A DNA stretch of 36,789 nt, from positions 1 through 36,789 of IMG/VR virus record IMGVR_UViG_3300020045_000708. One strand, written 5' to 3'. How positions within the stretch are numbered: the first letter of the stretch is position 1; every line of letters starts with the position of its first letter. The notes under the pieces are model-generated. The model was given only the letters and a program-made list of their open reading frames with translations. It had not been told where the DNA came from and did not search any database. Both the position numbers and the translations under genes were made by a program. Shown in pieces: positions 24,741-32,581 of this stretch. The DNA is from a virus. Lineage: Duplodnaviria > Caudoviricetes.

Positions 24741-26808
24741 TTACTGCTCCACTTGCTGCTGAGGTTTGTGCTGCTGATACTGTTGCGTTAGCGGAGATTT
24801 CAGCAAGGATAATTTGCAGGCGGGCATCAAACTCCATCGAAATACGCTCCTGCATTTGTTTCATCATCATTTCTTGCTGCTTCAATGACGCTTCATGTTC
24901 CATCTTGCGCTGATCGGACTGCTCCTGCATCCTTGCTTCAAATACAAGCATCTGCTGTTTAGCTTGCAACTCTTGTGCATTCTTCTGCATTTCAGCTTGC
25001 TGCTGCATCTGGAATCGCTGGTTTTCTTCCTGCTGCTGGACTTGGTCTCTCTGCGCTTGGGCCTGGGCTTTGACTTGTTCAGGGTTAGGCTGTTGCGGCT
25101 TAGGCTTGGCCATCTCCTGCTTTAGCTTCTCAGCAGTCTGGTCTATCTGGCCTTCAATGCTCTTGCCTACCTTGTATCCAGCCACACCAAATTTCAGCAG
25201 GTCAAGCAATAATGGAACGATCTGAGGCGCACCATTCGCAGCCATAACCGCTTTCTCCAGGTAGCTAGACACAGCCCCCAGAAACTCTACCCGGTCCTGC
25301 TTCTCCTGCTGCTCATCCATCATCACCATGGAGTCTGTGCTGATTTCCACTCGGAAGGAGCGCATTGGTTCGCTGCGCAGCAATTCCAAAGCTTGGGGGA
25401 TAACCTGTTTATCAACATCAGACAGTTGGTCAGCAGCGGAGATTTGCAGGATAGTCTGGTCGTCAAAGTGCTGGCAAATGATCTGTGCCTTCAACTGAAT
25501 CAACTGCGTAGCAAAGCGGGCTACATCATCTTGGTATACCTTAAGGCGAAGGGATGCATACTGCCCTTTGATTTGCTGTGCTGTAGCTGTCTCAGAGGCC
25601 ACGGACTGACCGCGAACAATGTCAGAGATACCCGTGATGTCGTAAATCTGGCTCTTGATCTGCTCAAATGCTTGGTAAGCCTGAATCAGTGCCTGTGCGA
25701 TTGGCGCAATGTCTACAAAGTCAATAGCGCCCTGTAGACCCTTTTTCTCAGCAAAGGAATTCCAGTTCTTCACCGGGATAAGGTCGTTGTTCGTCGCCTC
25801 AGAGAACAACCGGGCTAGTTCAGGGCTAGACGCATCGTAAACTCCCTTTACTTGGAGGGCCTTTACCAGCCCATCAATGCGGTCTGACAGGGTATCCAGT
25901 GCGTTTGCCTGATCTTGGTAGACAGCGTAATCTGGAACTGGCACCAAGCTTTCATTGGTGATGGTCGCATAGAGAGGCTTAGGGCAAGGCCAGAAGTTCT
26001 CAAGCTGTAGCGGATCGTCCTTCTGGTCCAAAATCTTGCTGAGAGATTTAGACATCCAGATGGCCTCACCCGTGTCTTTGTCCCAAATTTCGTAGATCAA
26101 GGCGCGTTTGTCAACGCCTTCCTTTGAGGCATTCTTCATCTCCTCGGGCTGCGCATCAAGAGGAACCTTGTCGGCTAACTCAGGGAAGCGCTCACGCAGC
26201 ATCTCACGGGTCATGTATACCTTGCGCCAGACAATAGAGACCTCTTCCCATGTGCGGGCTACGTTATGCCCAAAATCACGCCAATGGACGTAATCAGTAG
26301 GGGCACATTCGTAGTCTAGGACTTCGTTGCCTTCTTCCTGATCTTCTGCCTCTGTATCCTCAGTGATTTGAACCTCTCCAGGCTCACCGGGTTTGAACTT
26401 GGGCTCATAGCGTACCCAAGCAGTACCGCGACCACCTAAGAAGCGATCATATACAGAGCTGGTCAGGCTTTCCCGGTAGTCACCATAGTGGGAGATTTCG
26501 TAATCCAGCGCACGTTCAAGGATAAGAGAGGCAACGCGGCCAATCTGGTCATTGTCACGGAATCGGCGGGAAACGTCAGGCTTAGGCAAGCGCGCAAAGG
26601 TTGCAGCTTTGAGGGTTTGGACGTTTGACCATAGGATATTGAAGCGGGAGCCTGCATCCGACGAGGTTCTGGTGTCATCCCGGTAGCGCCGCAGAATCTT
26701 AGTTGTCCGCGTCTCCCACTTGGAGAACTCACGGTCATAGCCTGCGATATGGTTCAGGTAATACTGAACCTCATTATCAATCGGCAGGGGCTGGGATTGT
26801 TCTTTCAT
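24733..26808 (-). CDS. Portal protein (P22-like size)
   Basis: 691 aa after terL; 'ETATAQQIK' motif; Q-rich C-terminal helical barrel. Confidence 0.88.
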   Translation of the reverse strand: MKEQSQPLPIDNEVQYYLNHIAGYDREFSKWETRTTKILRRYRDDTRTSSDAGSRFNILWSNVQTLKAATFARLPKPDVSRRFRDNDQIGRVASLILERALDYEISHYGDYRESLTSSVYDRFLGGRGTAWVRYEPKFKPGEPGEVQITEDTEAEDQEEGNEVLDYECAPTDYVHWRDFGHNVARTWEEVSIVWRKVYMTREMLRERFPELADKVPLDAQPEEMKNASKEGVDKRALIYEIWDKDTGEAIWMSKSLSKILDQKDDPLQLENFWPCPKPLYATITNESLVPVPDYAVYQDQANALDTLSDRIDGLVKALQVKGVYDASSPELARLFSEATNNDLIPVKNWNSFAEKKGLQGAIDFVDIAPIAQALIQAYQAFEQIKSQIYDITGISDIVRGQSVASETATAQQIKGQYASLRLKVYQDDVARFATQLIQLKAQIICQHFDDQTILQISAADQLSDVDKQVIPQALELLRSEPMRSFRVEISTDSMVMMDEQQEKQDRVEFLGAVSSYLEKAVMAANGAPQIVPLLLDLLKFGVAGYKVGKSIEGQIDQTAEKLKQEMAKPKPQQPNPEQVKAQAQAQRDQVQQQEENQRFQMQQQAEMQKNAQELQAKQQMLVFEARMQEQSDQRKMEHEASLKQQEMMMKQMQERISMEFDARLQIILAEISANATVSAAQTSAASGAVNE

Positions 26809-27131
26809 TATGCAGCGGAGAAGATGCCAACCGCCTCAACTTCTGATCCTGCACCTGTGATGATTGTCCAACCTGCACCAGATGAAATCATATTCAGTTC
26901 AATGGGGTAACAGCCAATACCGCTTCCGATGGCATTGGGGACCAGTGTATGGGTGTGTGATCCGTCTTTGATTTGAACCAGCGAGGATGCTGCCGTGTTT
27001 ACAGTCACAACCACCCGGTGAAGATAGTCGCCTGCTGCGCGTGCTACCAAAGCCCCAGCTCCGCAAGCTGTTGTTGCATTGGCGGCGCAATGAACTGATG
27101 GATAGCGATAGGGTGAGTTTGTTCCAGCCAT
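26808..27131 (-). CDS. Hypothetical (likely structural) protein
   Basis: 107 aa between terL and the portal; GGAGGT RBS. Confidence 0.7.
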   Translation of the reverse strand: MAGTNSPYRYPSVHCAANATTACGAGALVARAAGDYLHRVVVTVNTAASSLVQIKDGSHTHTLVPNAIGSGIGCYPIELNMISSGAGWTIITGAGSEVEAVGIFSAA

Positions 27132-27156
27132 AAATACCTCCGGCGTCTCTCGACGT

Positions 27157-28503
27157 TTAAATTCTTCCGCTTCGCCTTGGTGTTTCTTTCCAGAGCGTAT
27201 CTAGCGGCGCAGTCTGAATATACGAATTATGGCCTGTAATTGGGAAAATTGCTTGTTTTTCTTCGGGTTTTTGCTCAATTTGGGCCATTATTTGGCATCC
27301 ATACGCAAAAGCATCACTTGGGTGGCTTGCCCAATTATGTAGTGGCTCACGGGAAAACACGCCATTTTCCTCGTTGTATGAGTATTCCCATGCCATCAAA
27401 CCGTCTAGCCCTTCTTCGCACAAATCCTTGTGGAACTCGCACTTATTGATGACGGTGCGTGCGGCTTCGATCTGGTCTAGCTTCTTGGAGATAGGCACAA
27501 TCTCTACATTGCCAGCCCCAAACGACTCTGCGAACTTCTCAATCGTCGTGTGTTTGCTCTGGAATGTCTTAGCCCTAGCGTCATGGGGTAGCCATATCTT
27601 AGGCGGCTTCCTACAACCTAACTCCAACACAGTGGCATGGATGCGCGGTATCCAGTCATCGGCATCTAGTCCGGTGTCGCCCTCATATTTAAGCAGTTTG
27701 AATCCACCCATGGAGCGCTGCCAGTACCAGAAGGACGCTGTATCCCTGAATCCCAAATCACTAGAGACTTCGATTGTGTACCCATGCGGGTCGAACTCAA
27801 CCTCTGTATGTACCCGGCCTTCGCGTTCAGCTTTACCAACCCAGCGAGCCAGGATAGCGCCTTGACTCGCACCATAGGCACCGTTCCAGATGTGTTCGGC
27901 CTTGTCTTGGTCCACATCGAAGTCGTGTAGCATCTCTTTTCGCAGAACATCTGGAAACCAGGGATTGTCGTACCAGTTCACCAGGACAGATACAGCCTCA
28001 GCCGGTGGGCTTTTCCTAAAGAACACATCAACCGGGTCGGTCTTATAACGGGGGTTCCATGAAAACCATAGCTCTGAGCCCTCTTTGCGCAGGGTAGGCC
28101 GGAGCAGGTCTAGTGAGTGCTGACTTAGGGTCTGCGCTTCCTCTACCCATGCAATATCGTAGCCTTCCAGGGACTTGATGTTGCTTGCGTTGTATGACTG
28201 CATACCCTTGAATACGATCATCGACCCATTAGGGCCGCGTATCTCACCTTCTAAAACGTCAAAGTACGGCATTAGGCCAAACTTCTCTATCTTGTCAATC
28301 AAGAGCTGCTTTACAGAGTCTTTGATTGAGTTTTGAACCTCACGGATACAGACTATCCGAGTAGGCTTCATGTAAGCCCGCAGAATAACCTGCTCTGCCA
28401 TGAAGTGAGACTTAGCCCCGCCACGCCCACCGTATGCGCCTTTATAGCGCTTTGGGTATAGCAGTGGTTTTAGCTTGCGCGGGACTTCAACCCGGATTGT
28501 CAT
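27157..28503 (-). CDS. terL: Terminase large subunit (PBSX family)
   Basis: Walker A 'YGGRGGAKS', Walker B 'AWVEEAQ', 'FSWNP', nuclease motifs 'SSDLG' and 'HPSDAFAY'. Confidence 0.96.
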   Translation of the reverse strand: MTIRVEVPRKLKPLLYPKRYKGAYGGRGGAKSHFMAEQVILRAYMKPTRIVCIREVQNSIKDSVKQLLIDKIEKFGLMPYFDVLEGEIRGPNGSMIVFKGMQSYNASNIKSLEGYDIAWVEEAQTLSQHSLDLLRPTLRKEGSELWFSWNPRYKTDPVDVFFRKSPPAEAVSVLVNWYDNPWFPDVLRKEMLHDFDVDQDKAEHIWNGAYGASQGAILARWVGKAEREGRVHTEVEFDPHGYTIEVSSDLGFRDTASFWYWQRSMGGFKLLKYEGDTGLDADDWIPRIHATVLELGCRKPPKIWLPHDARAKTFQSKHTTIEKFAESFGAGNVEIVPISKKLDQIEAARTVINKCEFHKDLCEEGLDGLMAWEYSYNEENGVFSREPLHNWASHPSDAFAYGCQIMAQIEQKPEEKQAIFPITGHNSYIQTAPLDTLWKETPRRSGRI

Positions 28504-28673
28504 TATGTAGACTCAACCCAATGAGTAAATATGCTTTGCCTACACACACTTGCGCACACAGCTTTGGATAAAGATTTCCCGCCAATCTTTCTTTTCACTT
28601 TGGTATTTACATACATTGAATAGCCGCATTGCGCGCACTTCAGTCCCAAAGCTGTTTTTGGCTTCTTTTTCAT
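28503..28673 (-). CDS. 56-aa basic Zn-ribbon-like protein
   Basis: Manual translation MKKKPKTALGLKCAQCGYSMYVNTKVKRKIGGKSLSKAVCASVCRQSIFTHWVEST; TAATG coupling to terL. Confidence 0.6.
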   Translation of the reverse strand: MKKKPKTALGLKCAQCGYSMYVNTKVKRKIGGKSLSKAVCASVCRQSIFTHWVEST

Positions 28674-28940
28674 TTATTTTCCTAATGGGGTTATGTCTAA
28701 CATGTCATAACTCTTGTAGGCTTGGCATATTCCGCTTAGATCATTATCAGGGTACGGTCCATAAATCAAAACATCGGTGCCGCGACTGGTGAGAATCCGC
28801 CAAATAACATCCTTTTCTGGATGATCTCTGCACTCCTGCATATATTCAATGCAGCGCAGCCTGTCCTTTTCTTTTTGTTCGTCTTGCTTCTCTGGCGTCA
28901 AATGCACCTCAAGCGTAAGTATCTCCGTATAGTGTTTCAT
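28674..28940 (-). CDS. Hypothetical protein
   Basis: 88-aa ORF with an ATGA overlap with terS. Confidence 0.6.
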   Translation of the reverse strand: MKHYTEILTLEVHLTPEKQDEQKEKDRLRCIEYMQECRDHPEKDVIWRILTSRGTDVLIYGPYPDNDLSGICQAYKSYDMLDITPLGK

Positions 28941-29185
28941 TTGTCTTTCGGGTCAACAATGGAGAATTCGATGGTGTGCATGATCGGATTATCAGCATCC
29001 CCCTTATGCTCGATTGAGCTTAAATCAGGAATTGTCTTCTTCAACAGAATCTCAATCGAGCGAACCTGAGTATTGCTCAACTCGATAGTGCCAAGTGCAT
29101 GATCTGTAAGACGATTTACCAACTGACTGGCTTGAATCTTGCTTCTTATGTCATTCTGGTGTAATTTGTTAATGCGAGCTGCCAT
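28937..29185 (-). CDS. terS: Putative terminase small subunit
   Basis: MAARINK...KIQASQLVNRL...LLKKTIPDL...EHKGDADNPI; GAGGTG RBS; upstream of terL. Confidence 0.65.
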   Translation of the reverse strand: MAARINKLHQNDIRSKIQASQLVNRLTDHALGTIELSNTQVRSIEILLKKTIPDLSSIEHKGDADNPIMHTIEFSIVDPKDK

Positions 29186-29516
29186 ACGCCACCTCACATA
29201 TTTTGAGAAGCGCACTGTCTCTATAGTCGTAACTATCAGGTATATCTAATATCCTTACCTTCTTCCCATCCAGTAAATGAGATGCTACTTCGTAATTCTC
29301 GCTGTTCACAAACACAATTTCATCAGCCCAAGCCACTAGATTCTCTGTGATTGGAATTAATGCGTTGTATGTGTCCGATCCGCAACTTCGGGTATTATGC
29401 CCTTGGCTTGATAGGACTAAAGCGAGTGTTGGGCTCCTTAATAGCCCTAATGAGCAAACGCACAGTATTTTTTTATACGTGCCCTGCTTGGTGGTGTGTA
29501 TGTATTTGCTGACCAT
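29169..29516 (-). CDS. Low-molecular-weight protein-tyrosine-phosphatase-like protein
   Basis: P-loop C-x5-R-S 'CSLGLLRS', 'WADEIVFV', 'LDIPDSYDY'. Confidence 0.85.
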   Translation of the reverse strand: MVSKYIHTTKQGTYKKILCVCSLGLLRSPTLALVLSSQGHNTRSCGSDTYNALIPITENLVAWADEIVFVNSENYEVASHLLDGKKVRILDIPDSYDYRDSALLKICEVAYGSSH

Positions 29517-29572
29517 TTATACCTCCGCGAGTAGTCGCTAGGCACAATTATTGCATAAAACTTGTAAATAGT

Positions 29573-29689
29573 TAAGTCGGGCCGGAGCCAATCCCGGCAT
29601 AGGTTCAAATGCGACTTGCTTCCAAGTACACGGCTCCAAGTAAACCCACTCCGTACCTTGTTGCGGATTGGCGTCCGCATTCCGACTTA
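29573..29689 (-). ncRNA. C4-like (c4-2-type) structured RNA, copy 1
   Basis: Closing stem UAAGUCGG/CCGACUUA; 5' hairpin UGCGGA-CGCCAA-UCCGCA; 3' hairpin GCCGG-GAUUGGCU-CCGGC; the two loops are complementary. Confidence 0.75.
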
Positions 29690-29693
29690 TTAG

Positions 29694-29801
29694 TTAAGCT
29701 GGGCCAGCGCTGATCTCTGGCTTGTCCATCACTGCACAACGTAATTAGCGTGGATGGTCACTTATGTTAATGAGCGCATCAGCCTGCGCACTCCAGCTTA
29801 A
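29694..29801 (-). ncRNA. C4-like (c4-2-type) structured RNA, copy 2
   Basis: Closing stem UUAAGCUGG/CCAGCUUAA; GCGCA-GGCUGA-UGCGC; GCCAG-AGAUCAGCG-CUGGC; the two loops are complementary. Confidence 0.8.
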
Positions 29802-29910
29802 GGGTAGGGACTAGGTCGGCTGCTACGTGCTATTTAATCCGCGCTCTCTGAAAGGTTCTTCGGCAAATACCCGTTACAGATTCAGTTCTCACCTAATCCC
29901 TACTCTTAAG
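29797..29910 (-). ncRNA. Unclassified structured RNA with a 20-bp closing stem
   Basis: CUUAAGAGUAGGGAUUAGGU pairs with ACCUAGUCCCUACCCUUAAG (one mismatch, one wobble) around about 75 nt; strand inferred from context. Confidence 0.55.
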
Positions 29911-30082
29911 CCTTATTCATCTTCCTAAAAGCCCGCTGAAATCGCTTGAACTGTCTGCTGTCAAGCCAAATAGCGTCAGTATTTATCTTCCATTGGTTAT
30001 TACGGAAGTGGCCTATCAATCCTGCTTTACAAAGATCATGGCCAGAAACCCATTGTTTACGCTTCACTTTTAACCATCCCAC
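29906..30082 (-). CDS. About 58-aa basic hypothetical protein
   Basis: Manual translation from GTG: MGWLKVKRKQWVSGHDLCKAGLIGHFRNNQWKINTDAIWLDSRQFKRFQRAFRKMNKA; start uncertain. Confidence 0.5.
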   Translation of the reverse strand: MGWLKVKRKQWVSGHDLCKAGLIGHFRNNQWKINTDAIWLDSRQFKRFQRAFRKMNKA

Positions 30083-30089
30083 CCCTCCA

Positions 30090-30335
30090 TCACCGCTGAC
30101 TCTGCATCATAAACTGCTCTGGCGTCATAGGCTGTTGACCCATTGCCTGCGCTTCCTGTACGTGTAGCTGATATGGGCGGCTTTGCATGGCTTGCTGCGC
30201 CTGTCCTACCATACCACCCATACCCGGGGCTGCTTGGGCCTGCCCTGCACCTGGAGACATTCGCAGCAGTTGGGCAATGCGGTCTTTCACGGCTTGTCCA
30301 TAGGAGTTGCCTTGTTGCGGGTTAAGTTGGTCCAT
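30090..30335 (-). CDS. Gln/Met/Gly-rich small protein, probable first late gene
   Basis: 81 aa; GGAG RBS; upstream AT-rich gap contains TTCCTA-17-TATACT. Confidence 0.75.
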   Translation of the reverse strand: MDQLNPQQGNSYGQAVKDRIAQLLRMSPGAGQAQAAPGMGGMVGQAQQAMQSRPYQLHVQEAQAMGQQPMTPEQFMMQSQR

Positions 30336-30427
30336 ATCTACTCCAGATGAAAGCGGTCAGAATAGCCAACAGTATAAAACCTATTGGCATTCCTAGGAAA
30401 AAAGTTGCTATTAGTGTTGCTTTCACT

Positions 30428-30652
30428 CTAGCCTTTTGATGGCATGCGTGCTAGTCCGCGCCATTTAACCAGAAGTTCTTTATCTAGAATCATTTTGCAT
30501 GACCCAATGACACAATCATGGTTTCCATAAAACCAATTTTTCCCGTCAAACAGATTGAAAAACAATGTGCCGTCCGGTTCTTGTGTCTGATACAAACCCA
30601 CATGCACAGGCTTCACATCAGCAGGAAACCACTTTGTCAGTTTTTTAGTCAT
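30428..30652 (-). CDS. Hypothetical protein
   Basis: 'LTKWFPADVKPVHVGLYQ...WRGLA' motif common in phage accessory genes. Confidence 0.75.
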   Translation of the reverse strand: MTKKLTKWFPADVKPVHVGLYQTQEPDGTLFFNLFDGKNWFYGNHDCVIGSCKMILDKELLVKWRGLARMPSKG

Positions 30653-30679
30653 TCCCTTTCCTTTCGTTAATCAACGTTT

Positions 30680-30796
30680 CTACAATTCAACAAACGGCGC
30701 AGGTTCAAACTGCTCTTGCTGCTTGCGATTGAACTCCGCAATCTGCTTCTTTGTCCACGGTATTGGACCGGATGGTGGAGGAAAAGGCCAGTTCAT
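30680..30796 (-). CDS. 38-aa hypothetical protein
   Basis: Manual translation MNWPFPPPSGPIPWTKKQIAEFNRKQQEQFEPAPFVEL; ATGA overlap. Confidence 0.6.
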   Translation of the reverse strand: MNWPFPPPSGPIPWTKKQIAEFNRKQQEQFEPAPFVEL

Positions 30797-30978
30797 TTCA
30801 CACCAGCCTTTTCACGCAGGGCCAAATAAAGTACATCCACGAATTGGTCGTAAGCGTCAGGCCCCATTACAAAGTCCATCGCTTGTTTAACGGTCATCCC
30901 TGCTGCCATCTTTTCGATAATTAGACCGAGCTTTTTGACAATCATTTCATTAACTTTGAGGGCTTGAGCGTAGATCAT
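30793..30978 (-). CDS. Hypothetical protein
   Basis: 61-aa ORF downstream of a box promoter. Confidence 0.7.
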   Translation of the reverse strand: MIYAQALKVNEMIVKKLGLIIEKMAAGMTVKQAMDFVMGPDAYDQFVDVLYLALREKAGVK

Positions 30979-31008
30979 TTTTTACTTCGTTTGCTTGCTG
31001 ATGTATGA

Positions 31009-31051
31009 ATTATGCCAAGCAAAACGGGAAAAGCTATAGGTATAAACCCTA
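31009..31051 (-). promoter_or_regulatory. Palindromic box plus putative promoter
   Basis: TAGGGTTTATACCTA (31051-31037), then TAGCTT, 16 nt, CATAAT. Confidence 0.65.
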
Positions 31052-31342
31052 TGCCATTGCCAAAGCAAAAACAGAATTTACCCGGGCGAATGTGCTTACC
31101 TTCTTCTGCTCCGTTCTAATCCGGTAGATCAAATATTCAACCCGTACCTTTTCCGGGTCAATCTCGATCTTCTTGGTGTTCACCAGATTACACAGCGCTG
31201 ACCGCACTTGCGCTTGACTCATTCCTGTTGCCTCACTCATTCGCTTGCGGCAGGTCTCACCTTGCTCGATTAGCGCCAGTATGCGGCCTTTGTTGCTTGT
31301 TTGGTCGTTGATGTATTGTCCGTCTTGGTTTCGTGGTCTCAT
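31049..31342 (-). CDS. Winged-HTH protein
   Basis: 'ILALIEQGETCRKRMSEATGMSQAQVRSALCNLV'. Confidence 0.7.
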   Translation of the reverse strand: MRPRNQDGQYINDQTSNKGRILALIEQGETCRKRMSEATGMSQAQVRSALCNLVNTKKIEIDPEKVRVEYLIYRIRTEQKKVSTFARVNSVFALAMA

Positions 31343-31956
31343 GCAGCCCTCCGATCTTGCCATTCCCGCGAAAACTGCCCGCGGTATCCAGGTTCTGCTT
31401 TAAACCGCATATCCGGCCTTGTCTCGTACACCTGCACCTTTACATGCTCAGGCCAGACAATCGTCGCGGCCTTATGTTCGCGCTTGTGGTCTAGGCCCTG
31501 CTGCTTTGTCTCAATCAGGATGTTCATCGTCCGCTGGTTTGGAGCCTGCTTAACAGCTTTTGGCTTGGCAACCTTTGGTGGCTTTGGCGGTTTAGGTGGC
31601 TTTGGAGCCAAATACGGCAGCATTCCTTTTGCAATACGCGCATTGATGCGGCGCACCCGTTCCCGCTTTGCTTGGTACGCACGGCGGCGAATCTTGGACT
31701 GTTCCATCCTTGCAGCGAATTCAATCACTGCCTTTGCGTGGTATGGCTCTGCGTGTTCAGGCCATTTGAAATAGCGGTAGCTTCCATGGCATCCTGCTTT
31801 GACTGCCTCTTTGCTATTCACCATGTTTGCAATGTAGACAGATGCGGTTGTCATTGGTTTGCCAATTCCTTCTGCGGCTTCTTTCAAGCTGCATCCAGTT
31901 GGCCTTGCGCACATTTCGCGGATTTTGTCGGCTTGTGTTCCGTATGGGGACTTCAT
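31339..31956 (-). CDS. Basic protein with N-terminal HTH
   Basis: 'CSLKEAAEGIGKPMTTASVYIANMV' followed by a K/P-rich linker. Confidence 0.7.
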   Translation of the reverse strand: MKSPYGTQADKIREMCARPTGCSLKEAAEGIGKPMTTASVYIANMVNSKEAVKAGCHGSYRYFKWPEHAEPYHAKAVIEFAARMEQSKIRRRAYQAKRERVRRINARIAKGMLPYLAPKPPKPPKPPKVAKPKAVKQAPNQRTMNILIETKQQGLDHKREHKAATIVWPEHVKVQVYETRPDMRFKAEPGYRGQFSREWQDRRAA

Positions 31957-31982
31957 TTTCTTCCTTTGTTGCTAGAGTCTTT

Positions 31983-32025
31983 ATTCTGCCGACTCTTTTA
32001 GCTTCTTATATAGGGATTTACCCTA
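31983..32025 (-). promoter_or_regulatory. Palindromic box plus putative promoter
   Basis: Perfect TAGGG-TAAAT-CCCTA (32025-32011), then TATAAG, 16 nt, CAGAAT. Confidence 0.65.
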
Positions 32026-32031
32026 GGCTTC

Positions 32032-32062
32032 AAAAAAAGCCCGAGCCCACACGGACCCGGGC
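32032..32062 (-). terminator. Rho-independent terminator
   Basis: GCCCGGGTCC-GTGT-GGGCTCGGGC followed by T7. Confidence 0.88.
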
Positions 32063-32122
32063 GAAAAGTGCAGCCACTTCTGTATGGCAAAAGGAGAATG
32101 CCAGCGACTGCACTATGGATAT

Positions 32123-32527
32123 TCAAGGTTTGTACTCTAACACGGCTTTAATCGCCGCATTGCTTATTTCATGGCTGCTGTTTTCCGTCCACCAGCTTGG
32201 ATACATTCCACCCATATCGGACTTGAATTGCTCAATCAGTGCAAGTTGGCGCTTAGTGTAGTGAGCAGGCAGACTAGGCTTATTCTTTGATGATTCATTG
32301 ATGGCTTCTTCCATAGCTTTTTTTGCGATCATCATCGCTGCCACCATTGGTGCTGTTGATGGTGTTACATCGTATTGGTACATTCGCCCACCGTCTTGAT
32401 ATGCATATGCAAGGCGAAACGTACCAACTCTCATTCGGTCTGTTTTATAACAATCATCCCAATATGCATCGAATGGCACGTATTTCCGGCCCACTTTTTT
32501 GTAAAGTGTCACTGTTTTCTTTTCCAT
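32123..32527 (-). CDS. Hypothetical protein
   Basis: 134 aa; AAGGAG RBS; 'LYKKVGRKYVP' N-terminus. Confidence 0.8.
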   Translation of the reverse strand: MEKKTVTLYKKVGRKYVPFDAYWDDCYKTDRMRVGTFRLAYAYQDGGRMYQYDVTPSTAPMVAAMMIAKKAMEEAINESSKNKPSLPAHYTKRQLALIEQFKSDMGGMYPSWWTENSSHEISNAAIKAVLEYKP

Positions 32528-32581
32528 TTTTACTCCTTTACTCGCTCTAAAACATCGTTTAGCAAATCCTTTTGCGACACC

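Noticed and set aside
29573-29801. Canonical tRNA genes
   Set aside because: No TTC T-loop, no 7-nt anticodon arm and no CCA end; the elements are tRNA-like only in overall shape.
30371-30385. Eighth palindromic box (TAGGTTTTATACTGT)
   Set aside because: Degenerate and lacking the 6+16 spacing to a -10; its TATACT is better read as the -10 of a late promoter.
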